This document shows, one piece after another, positions 1 through 7,775 of a stretch of DNA of 13,334 nt; within the stretch, counting starts at the first letter, position 1, and each line of letters opens with the position of its first letter. The translations under genes were made by a program, and so were the position numbers. The notes under the pieces were generated by a model. The model searched no databases and was not told where the DNA came from. It saw only the letters and a program-made list of their open reading frames with translations. This stretch comes from Bdellovibrionota bacterium. Its GTDB lineage: Bacteria > Bdellovibrionota_C > UBA2361 > OMII01. Location of the stretch: NCBI GenBank assembly GCA_044345405.1, contig JBIJBE010000064.1:1-13334 (forward strand). The letters are read 5' to 3'.

Positions 1-721
1 CAACAACAACGCACATCGCCGATACGTAGAGAACCGCTCCGGCGCTTGGAAGAACCCCCTGAACGAGGAGCTCCTGGTAAAACTGGGTCAACGCCGCGAA
101 GGGATTGTAGGTAACGAGAAACCTCAACCGCTCCGGTACCACCGACACCGGATAGACCACCGGGCAGAGGAAGAAGAGCAGGGTTAAAAAATTGCCAACG
201 AGGTGCTGCACATCGCGAAAGAACACGTTGAGCGCGCTCAAACCGAGCACAATTCCGGTTAAGAAGATCGCCTGCAGCCCCACAATGAAGGGAACCACCA
301 GCCAGGTCCACGAGACGGGTACACCGGCGGCGAGCGAGAAAATCGCGAGTATCGGCAACGCGAGGAGGAAGTGAACCATCGCCGCGGTCACACTAACGAC
401 TGGAAGAACTTGAGGAGGAAAGAGCGACTTCGTGATCAGATGTCCGCTATTCACCAAAGACGCCGTCCCCTCCATGAGAGAGCTACTCGTCCATATCCAC
501 GGCAGCAGCCCCGCGAACACCATCAGGTGATAGTGCGGCCCTCCATTAAAACGCATGTAGTAGGAGAACACGAGGGTATACACCGCCATGAGACAGAGCG
601 GGTTGAGCAGTGACCAGAGAAATCCAAAGAGAGACCCCCGGTATCGAGTCGCGATGTGCCTGCGCACAAGCGCCCCCACGAGGGTTCGGAACTGCCACAC
701 CTCTTTCACACTGCCTAGCAT
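1..721 (-). CDS. wzm: ABC-2 type polysaccharide/O-antigen export permease (Wzm/TagG-like), 3' end truncated by window edge
   Basis: Not in the ORF track because it has no stop in the window. Hand translation from ATG at 721 (GAGG upstream; overlaps the wzt TAG at 715-717) gives MLGSVKEVWQFRTLVGALVRRHIATRYRGSLFGFLWSLLNPLCLMAVYTLVF...GHLITKSLFPPQVLP...LSALNVFFRDVQHLV...FFLCPVVYPVSVVPERLRFLVTYNPF. These match the Wzm motifs RYRGSxLGxxWxxLNP, LIxKxxFP, NVxxRD, PVxYP and NP. Confidence 0.93.
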   Translation of the reverse strand, partial: MLGSVKEVWQFRTLVGALVRRHIATRYRGSLFGFLWSLLNPLCLMAVYTLVFSYYMRFNGGPHYHLMVFAGLLPWIWTSSSLMEGTASLVNSGHLITKSLFPPQVLPVVSVTAAMVHFLLALPILAIFSLAAGVPVSWTWLVVPFIVGLQAIFLTGIVLGLSALNVFFRDVQHLVGNFLTLLFFLCPVVYPVSVVPERLRFLVTYNPFAALTQFYQELLVQGVLPSAGAVLYVSAMCVVV

Positions 722-2058
722 GAGCACCTCACTCCATCGACAACCCATGCGCGTGAAAGCGACGACACTCCAACCTCTCGCTTGTCAGAGCGAATAGAAA
801 AATGGACCGCGTTCTTGTGATAATCGTACGGATACCCATCAGTGCGGTGAACAGCCACATCGAACGTATACGAACCCTCAACCAATCCGATGCGAGGGAT
901 CTCGCATTCAACGATCCCCGTTGAACCAACCGCTGGAAGCTTAACACGATCGATATCCGTGTTCGTTCCGAAAACACTCAAACCATCCACGCGAGTAATC
1001 CCAACACCAAACACGAGATCCTCATGAACGCCATGAACGGTATAGGACATTCGAACTCGAGCGCCGTCCTCGGGATGGAGTACCCGCTTCTCACCTCCAT
1101 CAGCGCCTATGAGAGAAACGTGAGTGATCTCGACCTCTCGACTCCCCCATCGAGAAGGCTGACGGCCTTCCGATACGGGTTCAACGGTTGACGCTCCCTG
1201 GCCTTGAACGCCGTCCTCCTCGAGGAGGGTTCCCTCTTCTTGCACCTCAATATGGTGGCGATAGGCGTCGATCACGCGGCGAGGATTACCACGATCCTTC
1301 ACCTCACCCTTGTGAAGCCAGATCGCCTCATCGCACCACCGCTCAACGGCGTCGAGGTCGTGTGTTACCAAGATGAGCGTCTTCCCCGCGCGACGGAGCT
1401 CAGCGATACGATCCTTACACTTCGCGACGAAGCCAGCGTCACCAACGGCGAGTACCTCATCGACCAAAAGGATATCGGGATCGGTGTGAATCGCGATACT
1501 GAATCCAAGACGCATGAACATGCCGGAGGAGTACGTCCTGACCGGATCGTCGATCACGTGCTCAAGCTCAGCGAAACGAACGATATCGTCAAACCGAGCG
1601 TTAATCTCCTCTCGGGTAAGCCCATGCATGATGCCGGCGAGCACAAGATTCTCCCGTCCCGTGAAGTCGGGGTGAAAGCCCGCGCCAAGTTCGATAAGCG
1701 CGGCGATCCGTCCCCGCACATTCACCACGCCGCTCGTTGGTTTATAAATTCCGGTGATCAATTTGAGGAAGGTCGACTTCCCCGATCCGTTCCTCCCGAT
1801 CAAACCGATAGAGGCCCCACGCGGGATGCGAATCGTAAGATCTTTGATGCCAACGGTGACGGGCTCTTCAACCCTCTCCTCCGCCCCTTGCCGACCTTTA
1901 AGACGGGAGAGGAGCGCCTGCTTGAAGGTGGTATATCCATTAACCGCTCTGGTCTTTCGCTTGAACACCTTGGCGAGGTGCTGGATGTCCACGACGTAGT
2001 CGACCTCTCGCGAGACCTCTCCATCGCCACCCACGTGTGCGGTGTTATCAGCGGCCAT
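715..2058 (-). CDS. wzt: Polysaccharide export ABC transporter ATP-binding protein (Wzt/TagH-like) with C-terminal Wzt_C carbohydrate-binding domain
   Basis: Walker A GRNGSGKS, IAALIELGAGFHPDFTGREN, family signature YSSGM, Walker B ILLVDEVLAVGD and H-loop VTHD. A beta-rich C-terminal extension starts near RWGSREVEIT. Start is ATG 2058 or the adjacent GTG 2061. Confidence 0.95.
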   Translation of the reverse strand: MAADNTAHVGGDGEVSREVDYVVDIQHLAKVFKRKTRAVNGYTTFKQALLSRLKGRQGAEERVEEPVTVGIKDLTIRIPRGASIGLIGRNGSGKSTFLKLITGIYKPTSGVVNVRGRIAALIELGAGFHPDFTGRENLVLAGIMHGLTREEINARFDDIVRFAELEHVIDDPVRTYSSGMFMRLGFSIAIHTDPDILLVDEVLAVGDAGFVAKCKDRIAELRRAGKTLILVTHDLDAVERWCDEAIWLHKGEVKDRGNPRRVIDAYRHHIEVQEEGTLLEEDGVQGQGASTVEPVSEGRQPSRWGSREVEITHVSLIGADGGEKRVLHPEDGARVRMSYTVHGVHEDLVFGVGITRVDGLSVFGTNTDIDRVKLPAVGSTGIVECEIPRIGLVEGSYTFDVAVHRTDGYPYDYHKNAVHFSIRSDKREVGVSSLSRAWVVDGVRCSC

Positions 2059-2060
2059 CA

Positions 2061-2645
2061 CTACTCGTTCCGTCCGATAACGTAAACGTCGGGAAGATTG
2101 CGGTACCGCTCGTTATCATCCATGCCGTACCCAACAAACCATTCCGGACCCGAGTACTCCAAGCCTACCCAGCACGGTACAAAGGTCGGTCGAGGAAGAA
2201 GACGCCGCACGAGAACTACCGTTCGAACCTCTCGCGCGCCCCGCTCAAGGAGCGATTTCTCAAGTTGTTCGAGGGTGCGGCCGGAATCGCACACATCGTC
2301 AACGACGAGCACTACCCGTCCCTTAATCTGAACCGGATCCGCGAACTGCTCGACCGTTACCTCCTTGGCGGAGTTAGTACCCGCGTCGTACGCCGAGGTC
2401 TTCACCGGCGCGATCTCAATCGACGAGGTGATGCAGCGGGAGAGGTCGGAGAAGAAGTAGACCCCTCCACGAAGAACCGGGATAGCCACCACGTCTGTCC
2501 GGGACTCCGTCCAGACGCTCTTACACCACTCGTCGATCTCAGCCCCTAGCTCCTTGACCCGACTATGGATACGCTCTTGGGAAAATTGGAGTTTAAAGTT
2601 AGCTGGAATATGGTGCCGAGACCCGCTATCGTTTGAATAGGACAC
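2061..2645 (-). CDS. hpt: Hypoxanthine(-guanine) phosphoribosyltransferase-like type I PRTase (divergent)
   Basis: VLRGG loop, PRPP-binding VLVVDDVCDSGRTL and the HPRT-type C-terminus FVGYGMDDNERYRNLP. GTG start with strong SD AAGGAG upstream. Confidence 0.85.
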   Translation of the reverse strand: MSYSNDSGSRHHIPANFKLQFSQERIHSRVKELGAEIDEWCKSVWTESRTDVVAIPVLRGGVYFFSDLSRCITSSIEIAPVKTSAYDAGTNSAKEVTVEQFADPVQIKGRVVLVVDDVCDSGRTLEQLEKSLLERGAREVRTVVLVRRLLPRPTFVPCWVGLEYSGPEWFVGYGMDDNERYRNLPDVYVIGRNE

Positions 2646-2682
2646 TACAATACTCCTTCTAATGGGTTCTACGAGAGTTGCT

Positions 2683-3165
2683 ATGAGAGAGCGGCACTAT
2701 ACTGGGTTTTGGAGGATTGGCGCAATCATACAGGTACACATCCTTCTTCTGGCTATCCTCACGATAACCGGCTGTAAGGATTCACCGAATGGCGCTCCGA
2801 CCACATCACCATCCCCCTCCGCCACGACAGGCGCGAATGACCTCACCGTTTCCTCCCTGCTGGAAACTGTGACTCGACGAGTTCAAGGAGCCTCCGGAGG
2901 GGTACAACAAGCACTTGGCCCCCAAGGAGAGGTCATCCAGGAGCGCACAAAGGAGGAGGTGGAGAAGCTTTTTCGATGGGAGTACCGAGTCGTAGAGACC
3001 GAGGTGGGAATACCGGCCGAAGGTTTCGAGAACCGCCTCAGGGAGCTCGGAAATGAGGGGTGGGATTGTTTCCACATCTCAAGCGTGTCTGAGGCCACGC
3101 GGATTACGTGCAAGCGTCGCCCGCGGAGCGCTCTGACCTACTTACAGCTTATTCCAGGACTGTAG
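2683..3165 (+). CDS. Putative lipoprotein with C-terminal DUF4177-like domain
   Basis: Hydrophobic stretch and lipobox ITGC, then a Ser/Thr/Pro linker. The C-terminal WEYRVV...RLRELGNEGWDC...CKR resembles the DUF4177 pattern WEYKV...LNELGxEGWEL...FKR. Start uncertain (ATG 2662 or 2683). Stop is 3 nt before the next gene. Confidence 0.7.
   Translation: MRERHYTGFWRIGAIIQVHILLLAILTITGCKDSPNGAPTTSPSPSATTGANDLTVSSLLETVTRRVQGASGGVQQALGPQGEVIQERTKEEVEKLFRWEYRVVETEVGIPAEGFENRLRELGNEGWDCFHISSVSEATRITCKRRPRSALTYLQLIPGL
2696..2725 (-). promoter_or_regulatory. Putative sigma70 promoter for hpt-wzt-wzm
   Basis: Minus strand reads TTGCGC (2725-2720), 18 nt, TATAGT (2701-2696), about 50 nt upstream of the hpt start. 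Motif match only. Confidence 0.35.
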
Positions 3166-3168
3166 CTC

Positions 3169-4305
3169 GTGACGATCTCCCGACGCCTCGCTCCCATAGT
3201 GGTGATAGTCGTTACCCTTCTCACCGGGTGTGGAGCGGGAAGGATGCCCGTTGCGCCGGGTGAGATCCCGAAAGGGGAATACGTCACCTCGGAGGATGAG
3301 CAGTACGGACAACAGGTACTCGCCGAACTCACACGAACCTACCCCCTCTCCCGTGATGACGATTCAATTAACCGCGTGCGTGATATCGTAAACAAACTGG
3401 CGGACGCCGCCGGCGCCGGTGATGCACCGTGGAACGTCTACGTCCTTCGAGGCGATAGCGTGGTGAACGCCGCGGCTACGCGAGGAAATTTCGTCTTCGT
3501 CTGGACCGGGATGTTACGAACCGCGAATAACGATGGGGAGCTCGCCGCCGTTCTCGCGCACGAGATGGGGCACGTTCTCGCGAATCACACCCAGCCCACC
3601 CCGTCCGAGGAAGCGAGTGAGATTATGGCGAGCGTGGGAGGAAATGTCGCGAGGCAGGTGGTCGCGGTGCAGGGCGCGTATGGCGCGCTCAGCGGAATCG
3701 CCGCAATCTTAGCGGAAGAGGCGATTAAGGCGTTCATCGTCAATCCCGAGTCCCAGCGCAAGGAACATGAGGCTGATCAGATCGGCCTCTTTCTCATGGC
3801 GGACGCTGGCTACGACCCCCACAACGCGATTAGTCTGTGGACCACAATGAGTCAACAAGGCACGGGTGGCGAGATTCCAACCTTCTTCTCCTCGCACCCA
3901 GCGAACGACGAGCGGATAACGGACCTCCAGCAACTGCTTCCTTCCGCTATCGAACGATACGAGGTCGCGAAAAGTCTCGGGCCACGCCCTGAAAAGGAAC
4001 GACCCCCACAATTTGAGGCTGACACCTTCGCCATCGGGCATGAGCGACCGGAAAAACCTCGGTCCTTCACGGATAAGGTTACAGTACCACCACCTTCACA
4101 CAACGACCCACCTCCCGCCGAGTGGCGTGCTCTTGATGATGGGGTCGCTATCTTTCGATCTCCAAACACCCGGTCTGAGAAGGTGTATACCTTCTCAAAA
4201 AATGAACCCCTTACGATAGGGTACCCAACCTCGGGGTGGTATGAGGTTGAAGCTCCGGCCCGGGGTTATGTGCTTGAGGCGGAAATTTACCGTCCGAGAC
4301 GGTAG
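3169..4305 (+). CDS. M48 family zinc metallopeptidase lipoprotein (LoiP/BepA/Oma1-like) with C-terminal SH3-like domain
   Basis: Lipobox LTGC, VVNAAA...GNFVFVWTGML, zinc motif ELAAVLAHEMGH, third-ligand region SQRKEHEADQIG...AGYDP, and FFSSHP...RI. A Pro-rich linker leads to FRSPNTRSEKV...GWYEV...GYV, typical of bacterial SH3b. Confidence 0.9.
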   Translation: MTISRRLAPIVVIVVTLLTGCGAGRMPVAPGEIPKGEYVTSEDEQYGQQVLAELTRTYPLSRDDDSINRVRDIVNKLADAAGAGDAPWNVYVLRGDSVVNAAATRGNFVFVWTGMLRTANNDGELAAVLAHEMGHVLANHTQPTPSEEASEIMASVGGNVARQVVAVQGAYGALSGIAAILAEEAIKAFIVNPESQRKEHEADQIGLFLMADAGYDPHNAISLWTTMSQQGTGGEIPTFFSSHPANDERITDLQQLLPSAIERYEVAKSLGPRPEKERPPQFEADTFAIGHERPEKPRSFTDKVTVPPPSHNDPPPAEWRALDDGVAIFRSPNTRSEKVYTFSKNEPLTIGYPTSGWYEVEAPARGYVLEAEIYRPRR

Positions 4306-4348
4306 GGTCCTTGTTGAACCCAACCCCACTCTCAGGCACACTGGCAAT

Positions 4349-5737
4349 ATGTTTGATTTTCTACACGACAAGATAGACGGTGCCCTCAAAAAAATTCGCG
4401 GTCGCGGAGTACTTCACGCAAGCGATGTAGAGTCTGTCATGAAGGAGGTGCGGACGGCGCTCCTGGAGGCGGACGTAAACTTTAAGGTCGCCAAGGAGTT
4501 CTGCGCGCGGGTCACCGAACAAGCGGTTGGCGAATCGGTTCTTAAGAGCCTCACCCCTGATCAACAGATTATCAAGCTTGTCCACGAGGAGCTCAAGCGT
4601 ACGATGGGCGATCAGTTCGCCGACCTCGACCTTCACTCCTCCCCTCCCGTTGTGATCATGCTCGCGGGACTTCAGGGATCCGGTAAGACAACAACCGCAT
4701 CAAAGCTTGCTCGCTTGTTGCGCGATACCTACAAACGGTCGCCCCTTCTCGTTCCAGCGGATATCTATCGCCCTGCCGCGATCGACCAACTCAAAACGCT
4801 CGGTAAAAATCTTAATATTCCGGTGTTCGATACGCAGCCAGGCGACAAGCCCGTTGATATCGCCATCCGCGCTCGCGATTTCGCGAGCAAGAATATGTGC
4901 GACATATTGATTATCGACACGGCGGGTCGCCTCCAGATCGACACCGAGCTTATGGATGAGCTCAAGCAGATCTCCGCGGCCGTCATGCCAACAGAGACAC
5001 TCCTTGTCGCGGACGCCATGACCGGACAAGAGGCCGTAAATGTGGCACAGGGCTTCGATCAAACCCTCTCCCTCACCGGCTTAATCCTTACGAAACTTGA
5101 CGGCGACGCTCGCGGTGGAGCTGCCCTTTCGATGCGCGCAGTAACAGGAAAGCCGATTAAGTTCATCGGAACTGGCGAGAAGAGCGACGCGCTTGAGGCG
5201 TTTCACCCTGAAAGAATGGCGTCCCGTATCCTTGGCATGGGTGATGTCCTTACGCTGATCGAGAAAGCCGCTGAGCAGGTATCACTTGAGGACAGCGCGG
5301 CGCTTGAGAAGAAGCTCAAGAAAGATCAATTCACCTTTGAGGAGTTCCTCGATCAACTCAAGATGATAAAGCGAATGGGAAGCATCTCCTCGTTGATGGG
5401 GATGATTCCAGGACTCAACAAGATCGCGAAGCAGGTTGACCCCGAGAAGCAAGAAGCGGAGCTTAAGCGCATCGAAGCGATTATCCTCTCGATGACCCCA
5501 CAAGAACGACGCAATCACGAAATCCTCGACGGCAGCCGACGTCGCCGTATCGCTCTCGGTTCGGGAACGAAGGTCGAAGACGTCAACAAGCTCGTGAAGC
5601 AGTTCGTCGAGATGCGGAAAGTAATGAAGCAGCTCATGAAGATGGGACCAGGTGGTCTTGGTGGACTCTTCGGCGGAGGGGCCGGAGGCCCGCTCGGTGG
5701 CCTTGGTAACCTTGGCGGGATGTTTGGGAAACGGTAG
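4349..5737 (+). CDS. ffh: Signal recognition particle protein Ffh
   Basis: MFDFLHDKI start at ATG 4349 (the upstream ORF-track extension overlaps the peptidase gene). Motifs ALLEADVN, GLQGSGKTTT, DIYRPAA, DTAGR, TKLDGDARGGAALS, FHPERMASRILGMGD and M-domain SMTPQER...SRRRRIALGSG. Confidence 0.98.
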   Translation: MFDFLHDKIDGALKKIRGRGVLHASDVESVMKEVRTALLEADVNFKVAKEFCARVTEQAVGESVLKSLTPDQQIIKLVHEELKRTMGDQFADLDLHSSPPVVIMLAGLQGSGKTTTASKLARLLRDTYKRSPLLVPADIYRPAAIDQLKTLGKNLNIPVFDTQPGDKPVDIAIRARDFASKNMCDILIIDTAGRLQIDTELMDELKQISAAVMPTETLLVADAMTGQEAVNVAQGFDQTLSLTGLILTKLDGDARGGAALSMRAVTGKPIKFIGTGEKSDALEAFHPERMASRILGMGDVLTLIEKAAEQVSLEDSAALEKKLKKDQFTFEEFLDQLKMIKRMGSISSLMGMIPGLNKIAKQVDPEKQEAELKRIEAIILSMTPQERRNHEILDGSRRRRIALGSGTKVEDVNKLVKQFVEMRKVMKQLMKMGPGGLGGLFGGGAGGPLGGLGNLGGMFGKR

Positions 5738-5777
5738 GGAGTGCCGAAGCGAAAAGCTGCACCGAAATCGTGCGTTA

Positions 5778-5938
5778 CGTGAACGTGCACGTGCTCGTAA
5801 ACGTGAACGTACACGACAAAGTTCGCCCCTGCCGCAAACCCACGACAATCAGGACCGACTGCCCCAAAGCCAACCTCTAGGAGTGTCGCCCGCTCGTTTT
5901 CGTGCACGTTTACGTTCACGAGCACGTTCACGTCCACG
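5778..5938. repeat. Inverted repeat with arms made of tandem degenerate hexamers (CGTNNN x7), 77-nt spacer
   Basis: Left arm 5778-5819: cgtgaa cgtgca cgtgct cgtaaa cgtgaa cgtaca cgacaa. Reverse complement of right arm 5897-5938: cgtgga cgtgaa cgtgct cgtgaa cgtaaa cgtgca cgaaaa. 36/42 identical by hand count. Confidence 0.92.
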
Positions 5939-6019
5939 AAGCATCGGCAGAACTATCGCAATATATTCAGCGTGTTAACCGCCACCACCACTTGGTTCCC
6001 AAGGAAAACTGGGGTACCC

Positions 6020-6048
6020 TTTACCAACTCCCCTTTTTTCGGTAAGCT
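6020..6048 (+). promoter_or_regulatory. Putative sigma70 promoter of rpsP
   Basis: TTTACC (6020-6025), 17 nt, TAAGCT (6043-6048); SD AAGGAG follows just before the GTG at 6088. Confidence 0.5.
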
Positions 6049-6087
6049 CACCACCTAATTTTCTTGGAACCGTATTAAGGAGTTACT

Positions 6088-6420
6088 GTGGCAGTTGTTC
6101 TTCGTCTCGCTCGACTTGGGAAACATAAATCCCCTGTGTACCGTATCGTAGCCGCTGACAAGCAAGCAAAGAGAGACGGTCGTTTCCTTGAGGTAGTTGG
6201 TACGTACAACACGCTGAACAATCCAGCTCGTATCACCCTCAAAGAGGATCTCGTTAAGAAGTGGATGGAAGCTGGAGCTAAGCCAACCTTGGTTGTTCGC
6301 TCGATCATCAAGCGCACGATCCCAGGATTCGTTGAGGCTCGTGAGGAGCACCAGGTTAAGAAGACCCAGGCTGCTCGCAAGGCCCGTAAGGCTCGCGCGG
6401 CTAAGTCCAAGAAGAAGTAA
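6088..6420 (+). CDS. rpsP: 30S ribosomal protein S16 with basic C-terminal extension
   Basis: MAVVLRLARLGKHKSPVYRIVAADKQAKRDGRFLEVVGTYN...WMEAGAKPT is the S16 consensus. Strong SD; position between ffh and trmD. Confidence 0.97.
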   Translation: MAVVLRLARLGKHKSPVYRIVAADKQAKRDGRFLEVVGTYNTLNNPARITLKEDLVKKWMEAGAKPTLVVRSIIKRTIPGFVEAREEHQVKKTQAARKARKARAAKSKKK

Positions 6421-6440
6421 TCTCGTCAGAGATTCTACGT

Positions 6441-6481
6441 AAGACGCGGTACGTTTCTGTCAGGGAAACTACCGCGTTTTT
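6441..6481 (+). terminator. Probable intrinsic terminator after rpsP
   Basis: ACGCGGTA-c-GTTTC, loop tgtcagg, GAAAC-TACCGCGT, followed by a T run; starts 20 nt after the rpsP stop. Confidence 0.7.
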
Positions 6482-6511
6482 CATATCGTACGATGTCATT
6501 GGTGCGCGCTC

Positions 6512-7204
6512 GTGTGGAACGTTAACCTTCTCACCATCTTTCCCGAGATCTTTGAGAGCTTTCTCAAGACAAGCCTCGTAGGCAAAGCTATCGCTCGCGG
6601 ACTCTTCAACGCCACCATCACGAACATCCGCGATTACTCCCTTCCCCCTCACAACAAGGTCGATGACTCTCCATACGGCGGCGGAGCTGGAATGGTGATG
6701 CTTCCGGAGCCACTCGTCACCTCAATCGAATCGGTCCAACAACGAGACCCGGACACATGGGTCGTTCTCCTCTCGCCGAGCGGCACTCGATTCGACCAAC
6801 ATAAAGCGCGAGAGCTCGCGAACAGACCTTCCGTCACCTTCGTGTGTGGGAGATACGAGGGGATCGACCAACGGGCAATTGACCTCGCCGTCGACGAGGA
6901 GATCTCTGTGGGCGACTTCGTCGTTATGGGGGGCGAGGTTCCCGCCATGCTCATTATCGAGGCGTCTCTCAGACTTCGTCCGGGAGTGCTTCACAACGCC
7001 GAGTCGGTGAGTCACGAATCATTCTCGCCAGACCTCGCCGACGGGTCACTCGTCGAAGCGCCTCAGTACACGCGTCCCGAACTATATCGAGGACTGGCCG
7101 TGCCTGAGGTCCTCCTCTCAGGCAACCACAAAGCGATCGCCGAGTGGAGATTGAAGGAAGCAAAAGCAAAAACAGGTCGCCTAGCCGAATCCAAGAAGAG
7201 ATAG
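6512..7204 (+). CDS. trmD: tRNA (guanine37-N1)-methyltransferase TrmD
   Basis: LTIFPEIF, VDDSPYGGGAGMVM, LLSPSG, CGRYEGIDQR, EISVGDFVVMGGEVPAM, EAPQYTRP and VPEVLLSGNH...WR. Confidence 0.98.
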   Translation: MWNVNLLTIFPEIFESFLKTSLVGKAIARGLFNATITNIRDYSLPPHNKVDDSPYGGGAGMVMLPEPLVTSIESVQQRDPDTWVVLLSPSGTRFDQHKARELANRPSVTFVCGRYEGIDQRAIDLAVDEEISVGDFVVMGGEVPAMLIIEASLRLRPGVLHNAESVSHESFSPDLADGSLVEAPQYTRPELYRGLAVPEVLLSGNHKAIAEWRLKEAKAKTGRLAESKKR

Positions 7205-7208
7205 CCTC

Positions 7209-7775
7209 ATGAGCACCGCATCACGTTTCTTCGTCGCGCTCCTCCACGACAAGATGGTCGACAAGACCGGTCGTCTCGTCACCACATCGGTCACCCTCAT
7301 CGATACGCACGATATCTCGCGAAGCTGTCGCACCTACGGGGCAGAAAGCCTCTTCGTGGTTCATCCCGCGCAGACGGTTCGGGCTCTCGTCCGCACTATC
7401 AAAGAGCATTGGGACACCGGATTTGGATCCACCTACAACCCGAACAGACAGGATGCCCTCGGCAGACTCTCTATCGTTTCTGAGCTCGACGAGGCTATCC
7501 TTCAGATCGAGCAACGCACCGGGATGCTTCCGAAGCTCATCGCGACCTCAGCGCGAGATGGCGACGATCGGGTCAGCTACGAAGCCATGAAGGAGACGAT
7601 GGATAAAGCGGAGCAACCGTTCCTGCTGATGTTCGGCACCGGTTGGGGCATGAGCGATGAGCTGATGTCCCGCGCTGATTACGTGCTTAAGCCGATCAAT
7701 GGACCCACTGACTATAATCACCTCTCCGTGCGAGCCGCGTGCGCCATTATTCTGGACCGATTGTTCGGCGTATAG
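7209..7775 (+). CDS. SPOUT-class SAM-dependent RNA methyltransferase (Methyltrn_RNA_4/DUF2168-type, TrmD-associated)
   Basis: ALLH...DKTG..VTTSVT..DTHDISRSCRTYG, YNPNR..AL, ATSAR, FGTGWG and PI.G..DYNHLSVRAACAIILDRL are characteristic. Lies 4 nt after trmD, the usual position for this family. Confidence 0.92.
   Translation: MSTASRFFVALLHDKMVDKTGRLVTTSVTLIDTHDISRSCRTYGAESLFVVHPAQTVRALVRTIKEHWDTGFGSTYNPNRQDALGRLSIVSELDEAILQIEQRTGMLPKLIATSARDGDDRVSYEAMKETMDKAEQPFLLMFGTGWGMSDELMSRADYVLKPINGPTDYNHLSVRAACAIILDRLFGV

Noticed and set aside
1204-2549. Long plus-strand ORFs (293 aa and 170 aa)
   Set aside because: Antisense shadows of wzt and hpt with no recognisable motifs.
4241-4348. 36-aa N-terminal extension of Ffh in the ORF track
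   Set aside because: Overlaps the peptidase gene; Ffh proteins begin at the MF motif, here ATG 4349.
5642-5737. Gly-rich repeats at the end of ffh
   Set aside because: Low-complexity Gly/Met/Leu tails are common in Ffh.
5778-5938. Possible CRISPR array or intrinsic terminator
   Set aside because: No identical direct repeats separated by unique spacers, no cas genes, and no short GC stem with a U-tract.
5515-5978. ORFs across the hexamer element (minus 5515-5937 with VNVLVNVNVH/VHVHVH; plus 5652-5978 with RERARAR)
   Set aside because: The dipeptide repeats simply translate the 6-nt periodicity. Both ORFs overlap ffh and lack a convincing RBS.
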